Shown here piece after piece: positions 14,001 through 23,900 of a stretch of DNA of 64,000 bases. The notes under the pieces were generated by a model. It made no database searches. It saw nothing but the letters and a program-made list of their open reading frames with translations, and was not told the origin of the DNA. A program made the translations under genes and the position numbers. The stretch comes from Podarcis filfolensis (taxonomy: Eukaryota). The DNA lies in NCBI GenBank assembly GCA_964270895.1, contig OZ185445.1. One strand, 5' to 3'. Position 1 is the stretch's first letter; each line of letters starts with the position of its first letter.

Positions 14001-14313
14001 NNNNNNNNNNNNNNNNNNNNNNNNNNNNNNNNNNNNNNNNNNNNNNNNNNNNNNNNNNNNNNNNNNNTCTTGCAGGAGATGAAGGCGCTACAACCGGGAG
14101 CCCAAAGGGGGCGGAGGCTCCGCCTCTCTTTCCTCCCGCCCCCCACCCAAGACAGCGAACGGCGAGGGGGCTCCGCCAAGGCGGCTTGGAAGGCCCCCCC
14201 CCCGGCCTCCCTCTGCTCACCTTCACCACAGGCCCGGCCGGACTCCGGCTCTGCCTGCTCCCGGCATCCAGCCCCGCACTAGCCCCGACCTTGTTTACAG
14301 CTAGCGCGGCCAT
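1863..14313 (-). CDS. TRIM23: E3 ubiquitin ligase TRIM23/ARD1 (RING, B-box, coiled coil, ARF GTPase); complete spliced CDS of 1737 nt, 578 aa
   Basis: join(-): 14221-14313, 13022-13184, 9267-9388, 8390-8668, 7618-7800, 5764-5979, 4674-4808, 3267-3396, 3062-3172, 2443-2567, 1863-2042. Phases are consistent; all introns are GT-AG except intron 8 (GC-AG). Translation gives RING ([21 protein letters not shown]), B-box, GLDGAGKT P-loop, WDVGG, NKQD and ends AAGVLDVA*, matching TRIM23 as recalled. Confidence 0.98.
2443..2567 (-). CDS. TRIM23: TRIM23 coding exon 10
   Basis: 125 nt, tag|CG GTG..CAG|gtat, (A)[41 protein letters not shown]. Confidence 0.97.
3062..3172 (-). CDS. TRIM23: TRIM23 coding exon 9
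   Basis: 111 nt, ttag|GT TTT..CAA G|gtaag, (G)[36 protein letters not shown]; not in the ORF track. Confidence 0.97.
3267..3396 (-). CDS. TRIM23: TRIM23 coding exon 8
   Basis: 130 nt, cag|GAC AAC..ATA G|gcaagt (GC donor), [43 protein letters not shown]. Confidence 0.96.
4542..4600. repeat. (AAGG)n microsatellite
   Basis: About 14 perfect units in TRIM23 intron 7. Confidence 0.97.
4674..4808 (-). CDS. TRIM23: TRIM23 coding exon 7
   Basis: 135 nt, [49 protein letters not shown] flanks. Confidence 0.97.
5764..5979 (-). CDS. TRIM23: TRIM23 coding exon 6
   Basis: 216 nt, [34 protein letters not shown]...CEKTLQQ, AG/GT flanks. Confidence 0.97.
6899..6943. repeat. (CTAAT)9 pentanucleotide microsatellite
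   Basis: Perfect tandem array in TRIM23 intron 5. Confidence 0.97.
7618..7800 (-). CDS. TRIM23: TRIM23 coding exon 5
   Basis: 183 nt, [64 protein letters not shown]|gtaag. Confidence 0.97.
8390..8668 (-). CDS. TRIM23: TRIM23 coding exon 4 (B-box)
   Basis: 279 nt, [25 protein letters not shown]...[14 protein letters not shown]|gtaggt. Confidence 0.97.
9267..9388 (-). CDS. TRIM23: TRIM23 coding exon 3
   Basis: 122 nt, (G)[40 protein letters not shown]. Confidence 0.97.
11220..11475 (+). mobile_element. Old L2-type LINE 3' fragment (boundaries approximate)
   Basis: TAGACTGTAACCTCCTCAGGGCAGGGAC resembles the L2 3'-end consensus as recalled. Confidence 0.5.
11652..11770. mobile_element. Palindromic MITE-like element
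   Basis: Arms CAGAGCAGACTCACTGAAATC and its imperfect reverse complement around a perfect TTAGTCATGACTAA centre; related half-copy near 59732-59792. Confidence 0.6.
11846..11990 (+). mobile_element. Degenerate, internally deleted tRNA-derived SINE
   Basis: Shares body and tail (GACAATACTGAGCT...GTAAGGCAGCTTCCTA) with the copies at 13225 and 32457. Confidence 0.6.
13022..13184 (-). CDS. TRIM23: TRIM23 coding exon 2 (RING)
   Basis: 163 nt, [57 protein letters not shown]|gtaag. Confidence 0.97.
13225..13402 (+). mobile_element. tRNA-derived SINE
   Basis: A-box-like TAGTGGTA, B-box GGTTCAATCCC at 13272-13282, tail TCTGACTCTGTATAAGCCAGCTTCATATGTTCCTA. Confidence 0.7.
13868..14067. other. Assembly gap (200 N) in TRIM23 intron 1
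   Basis: Run of N, preceded by a TTTA-type repeat. Confidence 0.99.
14221..14313 (-). CDS. TRIM23: TRIM23 coding exon 1
   Basis: ATG at 14313-14311, [34 protein letters not shown]|gtgagc. Confidence 0.95.
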
Positions 14314-14871
14314 CTTGGAGAAGGAAGGAGAAAGACCAAGAAGAAGCTGCCTTCGCCGCTCCCACAGCGGAGTGTCCCCCTGGAGACGGGGCGGGGTTAC
14401 GCGCCTACGTCACCAAAGAGAGCCGTTGGTAAAGGAGACAAACGTCAAAACGCACACAACAAGGTCGCTTTCCCCGTATCTTAACCCGGTCTGTGGTTTC
14501 TAAGCACTGCGCATGTCTGTTTCTTGTCACTCCCCGTTTCCCACTATGCCATTGGCCGCCATGATAGCGGCGCCGAGGGACGTTAAAAAAAAACTACAGC
14601 TCCCATCATGCATCACTTTGACAGCTCGCCTTTTCCACGGTGCAGGAAATAAAAGCAAGCAGAGGCGCCTATGGAGATACGGACGAGCCAAAGAGCACGC
14701 TGGGGATTGTAGTTTCTGGCTCGATTGCGGAGGCGACTTGCGTTGCGAGGAGCACAGCTGGGAGAAGGAAGCGGGCCAAAGCCGGGGAGAGAACCCCTTG
14801 TTCGCGGCCGGAGGAAGTTTGGCCTCGGCTGATTCCGTAAAGGAGGAAGAGGCCCGGGAGCGGCTGCGGCG

Positions 14872-14917
14872 ATGGATGTTACCCAGCCCAAGCAGGAGCA
14901 TCTCTTGGCCCTGAAAG
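14872..14917 (+). CDS. TRAPPC13: TRAPPC13 coding exon 1
   Basis: 46 nt, [18 protein letters not shown]|gtactc. Confidence 0.95.
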
Positions 14918-17900
14918 GTACTCGCTCTCGCTTCCTCCGCTCCTTCGGATTTGGCCTGGGGCTTAGCAGTTGAAAAGCAAATCCTGCAAGGGACGAGGAG
15001 GAGAGAATCCAGCCCCGCTTCCTTTCTGCGGCGGGTCCCTTGGCCGCTGTTTTTAGGAGACCAAAACGGGTGGGTCCGAGGCAATTAAACCTGAGAGGGA
15101 TCGGCAGGTTGGTGGCCCAAAGCTAATTTGCAGGAGAAGTGGGGTATCCTTTTCAAAAGGTCGGTTCCTTATTCCACCTGCCAGGGCACGTTGTTGAATA
15201 AAGAGCTCGGAAAGTGACCCTAGATCCAGCCTCATTGGTTCAAGCCAGAGTGTGCACGCAGGACGGGGAATCTCCCAACGTTTTCAGATTTCTTTTAAAA
15301 GAGAAAGACATCATCGCTTCCGTAGGAAATGGTCAGTGGTGTAGGGTGTTGTTTTTTGTGCAGTTTTGTGTAAGCAAGAACTGCATCTCAAAATCCATTG
15401 CGAAATCTTCAGTTGGTAGGCCTTCCTTGCGCTTGCCCAGCTATGAATCAAGAGGGACAATGTTGGTGCAGAACAAGCTTTCAGAGACGGGTGGTGTGTA
15501 AACATTTCTAAAGCAAGCGGGGCTGCAATATTATACAGCTGCTCCGGGAGTGAGCTTTGAAAAAGGGGGTGCCTGTTATCTTCTCGTCAGCTCCCAGAAA
15601 ATGGAACATTTCCTTGAACTAAAAAAAATCAATAAAATCTGTCAAGCCTTAGATATAATCAGCTGCTAAAGAGGAAATCCCTTAATCCTTCCAATATATA
15701 TCCTTTCTTTGTAACACAACACAAGCTATTTAGGAAAAAACCAAACCCATTTCTGCAACCTCAGATGGAAGAACAAGATTAATGGAACTAGTTCTCACCT
15801 GCTTCCTTGAAGTCTCAGTTGTGTGAGTTTACCACATGGAAACATTCTCCTGAGAAAAAATGGCCACTAAGAGTACCAGAAAAGCTGTGAAGGATGTGTG
15901 GAGAGTGCATTGATTGGGACCAGTACCTAAGCAGTTGTTGAAATTAGATCCCTTCCTATCTCCTGTCCCAGTATCCCCTCAAGTTCTTACAAATAATGAG
16001 TTGTTGAAAAAGGCAACTCTTTTTAAATACCGTATTTTTTGCTCTATAAGACTCACTTTTTCCCTCCTAAAAAGTAAGGGGAAATGTGTGTGCGTCTTAT
16101 GGAGCGAATGCAGGTTGCACAGCTATCACAGAAGCTAGAACAGCAAGAGGGATTGCTGCTTTCGCTGTGCAGTGATCCCTCTTGCTGTTCTGGCTTCTGA
16201 GATTCAGAACATTTTTTTCCCTTGTTTTCCTCCTCCAAAAACTAGGTGTGTCTTGTGGTCTGGTGCGTCTTATAGAGCGAAAAATACGGTAATTTCCTTA
16301 TGGCGAAGTGGAGTGTATGAACATTACAAAGCACAATCCCAATACACTTCTGTAGGCAGAAATGCTTTAAAGACATTTCATGGCAATATATATTTCTGTA
16401 GTTGCCAGCAAGGAACACTAAATAGAGAAAGTACATATACATTGTGGAGTAAATGCTCTAAAGAATTGCAGAGCAAGCAAGAAAAAAGGGGGACCTTCAA
16501 AGTAAGGACCCAAAGATGCAGATTTGTGGAAGAATGGTTGTCATTGGAGTATCCTTCCTGCTTCTAAGGCTGAGAGAACTTTCCTCTGTGACAACACAAA
16601 TAGCATAGACGGTACTTGGAACACTATCCAGTCTAAAATTGTGACCCCATGTGCATGCATACACTTCTGACGTTACCATGAACATGAATAATTTCAGTCC
16701 TCCCAGCTTCTCTTCCTCTTTTTTCAATTATTATCCTACTATAGTAACATTCCAACTCTGCTATCCTGCCTTCTTCTTAGGAGTCATAAGCAACAGCTAC
16801 TACTACTGCATGAAAGCTTCCTGCCTGTGACAAACAGTATGTGAAGAAATTGTCATCCGGGCCACAGTGTGGAAGTAAAAGGGTTAACCCCCCACACACA
16901 CAGTGCAGCCCCCGTTCCTGACTCTCCCCCTTCTGTGACTGCTATTTATTTGTTTAGTAATAAAAATAAACAATCTGAAAAAGCAAACCAGTACAACAAT
17001 AAATCTGATTTATATCACAACACCATGAGGATGAGAAAACCTATCCAGTCCAGCAAAATGCTTGCTCAGATAGGGATGTCTACACGATGCATAAAACCGA
17101 TCAGCCTTGGCATCAGCTGAGTCCGTGAGGGAAGGGCATTCCACAATTGGGAAGCCGCTTTAGAGTTGGAAGGAAACAGTTATGCAATGCCGAGATATAT
17201 GTTTAAGGCAACGTGTTTGGCACTTACAGAAGTTCAGAAATTTGGTGCTGTATCACAGCTCCCTTACAGTAGGGCCATCTCACTTGATTAATTTCTGTAT
17301 TGGAGAAACTTATATAGCATTCTGGTTTGAATTAGCAAACCCAGATGTCTGACAGAAACAAAAAAACTATTAAGTTTGAGGGGGTGCTGTTGTTGTTTGG
17401 TTTTCCAACTGCATACGTTTGCAGCCCATTACACTTGCTACAGCATTTTCTAGCGATAACTGCGTCAACATGATGGTGAATTTTAGTGGGAAAACTGCTA
17501 GCGTGTCTTATTACTTGCAATACTTCTGCTCTAGGTCCTGTTTTCTTCTGAACTGCACAGCACATGGCATGAAAAGATTCTTTTAAGTGATTATATCATT
17601 AGTGATGAAGCTGCTGTCCAAGAAACATTTAAAATAAGAACATGTGGATTCCTGTTGTACAAGCATGGAGGTGATTCTGCACTATCGAGCATGGCAAAGG
17701 GACCCTGCAGCATTGCAAAGAATCACAGAAGAGGCACTGAAAGAATTTCCTGTTAGGAAGCTCCCAAGTTTCATACCCTGGTTTCCAAATGACTTGCGCC
17801 AACTTCCCCTCAAACCTAAAAGAATCGCTCCAGTTATTTCTGGTGAAGAAGTAGAGCAAATAAAACAACATATTGCAGCCATAGAAACTGCTTGCTGCTC

Positions 17901-20900
17901 CCCATCTTATGACTGTACTGCAGGGCTTAAGGAATTCCATCCTGATGTAAAAGCTGGGAAGTGTTTGCAAGCTGAGCATGAAAGAAACAATTTTAGCAAT
18001 TTGGAAAAGCAAACAGCAAGCAGCAAGCAGAAGCTGAGAAGGTCTTGGAGTGTGTCTCTTCCCAACTCTAAGCTCAAAGACAAGATTCTTCCTTTATCTA
18101 GAGAACTGCAGAGCACTTTAGACAAATTAAAGCTCCATGCATTCTATAGAGCCCAGTGGATAATTGAACCATCTACATTTGGTAGTCAAACGTTGGAGGA
18201 CATTTGGGTAGAGCTCAATAAGATGATCAAACACAATGAACTGCCATCATGTAATGCTACGATCCAGAGATGTGAAGGGCAGATTTCAGTTTTCTGTGAC
18301 ATACTGTACTGTGAATATGTTGCCAACAACCTTAGAGAAAAATTAAACCTTTTGGGGAAAATAAATTTGTTTGTTCACAAATATGGAATCATACATAGTC
18401 TGTAGCTTTATAACAAGGCATTGCTACTTTCTGTGAAATGTTATATTTTAAATACACTTTGTTGCCTTACAATGTTTTTGAAAAAAATCTGTGGTAGTGC
18501 GGGAGGGGGGGCAGTAGGGGAGTAATTAGCTTATCCTGGGCATTTTTCATTTTATTTAAATTAGAAGCCCTCCTTGTAGATTTCTTTGCTCACGTAAAAA
18601 TAACTCATGCTTCTGAGCTATAGTAAGTCATGTTCTCTATATGTGTACACTTTGATTAGCGTATGGAGTCATAGAAAATTAGAGGAAAAAGCAGGACATC
18701 TCAAGCAAACTGATCTCTACAAGACTGGATTATGCTTTGTTTTAAGTTCTCAAAAAGTCTGTGAATACCTAAGAAGATGTCCCTTGTAAAATGAATGCCC
18801 CTTGTAAGCCTGATGCAATGAATGAAATGACCTTCCACATTTGTTTGGAATGATTTGTCTAAAATTAATGAACAATAAAAAGAAAGGCTGCTGTGTTGGA
18901 GTATTAATTTCTAAACTTTAATTTTATGAAGTCCATCATGCTGATATATTTGTTTCCCTTTTTGTATGTTTGGCCTACATTTTTGCTTCCTATAGATTGT
19001 AATCACATCGGCAGTAGGCAGAATGTTGTCCTATTGGCCATTATGTCCTGTACAGAGGCAAGACTTCTTTTTGTGTTCTTAGCAGCCCTTAGAAAATGTA
19101 TGCCATCTAAACATGGTCATTTGTAAGCAAATTCTATTGCAATCACATACCCTCCAACATTTCTCCAATGAAAATAGGAATGTCCTGTTCCTCCTCCTCC
19201 TCCTCCTCCTCCTCCTCCTCCTCCTCCTCCTCCTCCTCCTTCTTCTTCTTCTTCTTCTTCCTGAGCATCTGACTGGGTTGCCCCAGCAGCTGTGGGCTGC
19301 TTCCAACATATATAAAAACATAATAAAACTTTAAACATTAAAAAGCTTCCCTGTAGAGGGCTATCTTCAGGGGTTGGATAATGAAAATTGGGACATACTA
19401 AGGAAAAGCAGGACATTTTGGGATCAAATCAGACATTGGGACAACTTCTGTAAATCCAGGACTGTCCCTGGAAAATAGGGACAGTTGGAGGGTCCACAAT
19501 CGATAGTTTGCAGGCCCCGGTCCAGCCTTAATATCTACATTTGAATGAAGCTTTGGTTGACTGGACACCCCCACCCCCAGTCTTCCTTAGGGGGAGTCAA
19601 CTGTCCTTTGGACCAAAACAACTGCTTACAAATGGATAAGGATCAAGGTGGTTATGAGTATTGTGTTTCGTTAAAATGATTTTTGTAATTATCATAAAAC
19701 ATTTTTTTAAATATTGGTGAGATTTTTTAAAAAATGGATATGCATACTTTTTGTCTTTGCTCAAGTATCAGTGTGAATGAACACTTCCTGCATTTCTACT
19801 TGTTTTCACATTAAGCCCAATTTCATCTCCTTTTCTTGTGCTCAGTACAAACAAACAAAATACATAAAACTTGGGCAGAATTCCAGGGACAAGGTAATAT
19901 CCAAACAGGTCTTATGGTTCTTATTTTGAAGTTAAATATGTTGAGCTTCTAGTGAAGTCCTGGTGATGAGGTGTGTGATTAATGTGGAATTTGCTTTCTA
20001 AATTCACAGTAATGAGGCTGACCAAACCTACTTTGTTCACCAATATTCCTGTGACCTGTGAAGAGAGAGACTTGCCAGGTAAAATTTATTATGGTGTTAA
20101 ATAATACTCAAACTCTGGTAGATCTGCATATAGAGGCACATTGTTATTAGATTTGTTGTTAGGCCAGTGCATACCTGAAAATACTGTACTTGAATGTGTG
20201 GAGTGTTGCTGAACAACACCAGTGTCAAATACTGTAGTTAAGTTAAAGCTCGGGGATTGTGACCAGTAGTTTGCCTGTGTGTGAACCAGCGCAATTGCAA
20301 TACTTCATGAAACCTGGGTTGTGTAGGAAACTTCTCTGCTAACAATGTACAGATTACTGTATGTTTCTCTCCATTGGCAGAGGCCTGTAGGAACACACTT
20401 ATGCACCATCCCAAGTCCCCAGTCATCAGCATAGTGTGGGTGTGTTAGTACAGTCCTAGCAAGCTAAAAACTCAGTAATGTGGAATGATTGATGTTCACC
20501 ACTATGCGGAGCACATGGACATTTCGGATCCCTTCTTTTTCAAACTAGAGTACAGAAACTTAAATTTCCTTTTTCTTTTTTTGGCATTGTTTCATTTATT
20601 GCCATGTATGCCCACATGGAATGCTTTCCCAGCAACACCCCATAGAACTGAGACAAATACATGAAATGATAGCCTTTCAAAACAACAACAAAAATCAGAA
20701 AATCTCAGCTAGCAGGTCTTGCAAGAATTCATGAGAACTGGAGCCAACGTTTGCCAATAACTTTCTGGGTCACTTTTCCTTCCAAAGATAGCAGATAAAT
20801 TACTGTTGAAGGTTTTTATTGGTTGTTTTTTTTAAAGAAACAATAAAATTCACGGAACTACAAAAAGTCTGTTTAAACCGCTATTTATACATATTACAAA

Positions 20901-23900
20901 ACTGCTTAGAGTTGCTTGTTTAGAACTCTGCCATTTAGTATGGCAAAAAGATTAAATGTCCTTTCCTTCTAACACAAATGCCACTTCACATTTATTTTCA
21001 ATTGTATGTTCAGATGAAAATATATTAAAATAAGTTAAAAGCCAGTGGCTAATCAATTAAAATATTTAATTAGTTTATATAGAAATATCAAGATAGTTGA
21101 CCTGACATATAATTTTATATTACTGCAGGAGATCTGTTTAACCAGTTAATGAAAGATGATCCTTCCACAGTAAAAGGAGCAGAAACATTAATGCTTGGGG
21201 AAATGTTGACTTTGCCTCAGAATTTTGGGTAAGAATTGTATATAGATGTGTAGATTTGTTGAGATAATTGTTTTATGATCTCTAGTCCTGTGCAGAACTG
21301 TCCTAATATTGTAAATACCAGCGGTTTCAGTTGTACTTGCTTGGAACTTAGAATGCTCTTAGACAGGGGTAGGCAACCTAAGGCCCGTGGGCCAGATGCG
21401 GCCCAATTGCCTTTTCAATCCGGCCTCTGGATGGTCTGGGAATCAGTGTGTTTTTACATGAGTAGAATGTGTGTTTTTATTTAAAATGCATCTCTGGGTT
21501 ATTTGTGAGGCATAGGAATTTGTTCATTCCCCCTCCCCAAATATAATCCGGCCCACCACATGGTCTGAGGGATGGTGGACCATCCCACGGCTGAAATAGC
21601 TTGCTGACCCCTGCTCTTAGGACTGTGGCCTAAGCCTATCTTCCTTGTCCTTCCTATGGATAATGTCTATTATTATTCTTAATTTCCCCCTGCCACAAAC
21701 CGTTTCCAAGGGCCTCTTGCGTTACAGGGTTAGGAAGCCATCTATTATGGTTTCTAACTTTGAATCAGTGGTACCTCTGAGTAAACAGTCATTGGATGAA
21801 GCATGAAGAGATCTTTACTGTTAAACAGAGGTGGTGAGTTAAAAGTAAAGCTAGCAACTACCAGAACATTCCTTCTGCTTTTGACTAAACCTATCTAGTC
21901 CACCATCCTCTTTCCCACAGTGACCAATCAGATAGCTATGGAAAGCCTGCAAGCAGAATGTAAGGACAATAATTCTTTCCCACTCTTGATTCCCCAGGCA
22001 GTGGCATTGCCTATGAACCTGGAGGTGTCATATAGCCATCATGTTATCCTTATCTTCCACACACGAATCTGCCTAATTCCCTTTTAAAATCTACACAACA
22101 TACTCATATACACATCCATGCTGTGTGCCTTAGTTAGCTCAGACTAGCTTACTTATTTTCATTTTGTTTGTTCTTGTCAACACTCTGCTGTGCTTAGGCA
22201 CTATGTTAAGTACTGAAACCATAAGATTGTCTTCAGAGGTTTTGAGCCTTGTGCATCCAATATCATCAATGCTAGAAGATGCAAAAACGGAACTATAAAT
22301 ATGGCTTTCATGGTACAATAACAGAAGTCCATACTGTTGTTAAAAGTGGGCAATAATAGATTTTAGAGATGTATTCAAAGCAGTGGTTTTAACAGTTCTC
22401 TTTTCTCCTCCCTTCTTGAACAGAAATATATTCTTAGGAGAGACATTTTCCAGCTACATCAGTGTACATAATGACAGTCACCAAGTGGTAAAAGATATTT
22501 TGGTAAAGGTATGTTCTTATCAAGTAGTTTGAAGTGTGTTTTTAAGGTAATTAATCAGTTAACGTTTTTCTAGTTGAAGGAAACTTTGAACAAAAACATG
22601 GGGGGTGTCTAAAGGTAACAGGGTAAATTGTAAAGGCATATTCTTTTTGCTTGAGGCAGTCTGAAAGTAGGTTTGTTCTGTATATTCCAATGGAAAGTTC
22701 TACTGTACAACCACAGTAGTGCAAGAGAACATTACGAGTACATGTTAAGCTTTTGGGATGCTTGGGCATCACATCTTCTCAGTGGACTGTGCCCAGATTT
22801 TTAATGAATGCCTTGGAGAAGATGGAATGTAAAACCAGTTCAATCAATGAAAAACTATTTTCAATAATAAAATTCAACCTCTCTTTTATTGAAGAGTTTT
22901 TTGTTCTTAATTCCAAGGCTGATCTACAGACAAGTTCACAGCGTTTAAACCTTTCAGCCTCTAGTGCTGCAGTGGCAGAACTCAAACAAGACTGTTGTAT
23001 CGATGATGTAATACACCATGAAGTAAAGGAAATAGGAACGCACATGTAAGACACATTATACTTCCCCCCCCCCAATTCACAGGGTTGTATCTAAAGGTAG
23101 CTTGCCAAAGGCAGGACACCTGCTTGTTGCCAATCCCTCCTTCCTAATGTGTCTCCCACACTCCAAAAAAGCCTTTCGAAAGATATGGGGAACTCCTGGA
23201 ACAGTATAGGATATGGCACAGAGGGCTGCAATTGGTCCCGGGGGGAATGGTGCCTTGCATTAACAGAAATGTTTCTGGTAGTCTAAAACCATCTGTAAAC
23301 TTAATTTAGTTTTTCCCATTCTGTAAAAAATAAATAAATTGCCAAATGTGTTCAGAATTCTGAAGGAGATGAATTGCAAATTTGCATCATTTGCTCCATT
23401 TCCCCATTCTCCTCCCAACCTGGAAACACAAGCAAGACTGAAAACTAGTTAAACTCCACTGAATCATTTGTCTCTTTCAGCTTAGTGTGTGCGGTAAGCT
23501 ACACCACACAGACAGGTGAGAAGATGTACTTCAGAAAGTTCTTCAAATTTCAGGTATTAAGCTGACATAGCTGGCAGTGTTGACTGTGATTGAAGATATC
23601 TAACCCTTTTCTATCTCTCTGTCTCTTCTATGCTGCCCGTGCTTGCAGCTTTCCCCAGAATTTATCTGGGGCAAATTTGGTGGTGATGGTGGTACAGTTG
23701 TTGTTAAGGTTTCTTTTAATGTTGGGTTTGTCGGTACAAGTTCGCATCAGCGTCGAAGTGAAGTGCAAGAGAGGCTAGTACCGTAATGTGAATCAGAAGT
23801 CCCCCCAGCAGCACCTTCTAGGTCCATCCCTCTAGAAATGACCAGAGCTATCGTAGCACCATGTCTCCCAGGTTGAACCCCAGAAAGTCAATAGAATCAG

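Larger units (their letters stand above)
14068..15080. promoter_or_regulatory. CpG-island bidirectional promoter of TRIM23 and TRAPPC13/SHLD3
   Basis: CpG-rich; divergent ATGs at 14313 and 14872. ZNF143/THAP11-type ACTACAnnTCCCA motifs at 14593-14613 (+) and 14695-14713 (-); YY1-like GCGGCCATCTT 14306-14316; GC box 14388-14396; NRF1-like TGCGCATG 14508-14515. Confidence 0.88.

Noticed and set aside
13858-15084. Long ORFs over the first CpG island (151, 162, 185, 133 aa and others)
   Set aside because: Stop-poor GC-rich sequence and N-runs; only the first 31 codons of 13858..14313 (TRIM23 exon 1) and 14872-14917 are supported
15144-15152. U12-type donor GTATCCTTT in TRAPPC13 intron 1
   Set aside because: No matching exon or U12 branch site identified; several RTATCCTT matches are expected by chance in 64 kb
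17644-17664. 7-aa N-terminal extension of SHLD3 in the ORF track
   Set aside because: Begins at a GTG; the ATG at 17665 has strong Kozak context and aligns with the known N-terminus
14872-17665. TRAPPC13 exon 1-SHLD3 fusion protein
   Set aside because: Frame-compatible acceptors (17587, 17602) run into TAA at 17635-17637; the other acceptors are out of frame
19079-19416. Poly-Arg, poly-Leu and poly-Glu/Gly ORFs
   Set aside because: Translations of the (CCT)n(CTT)n microsatellite
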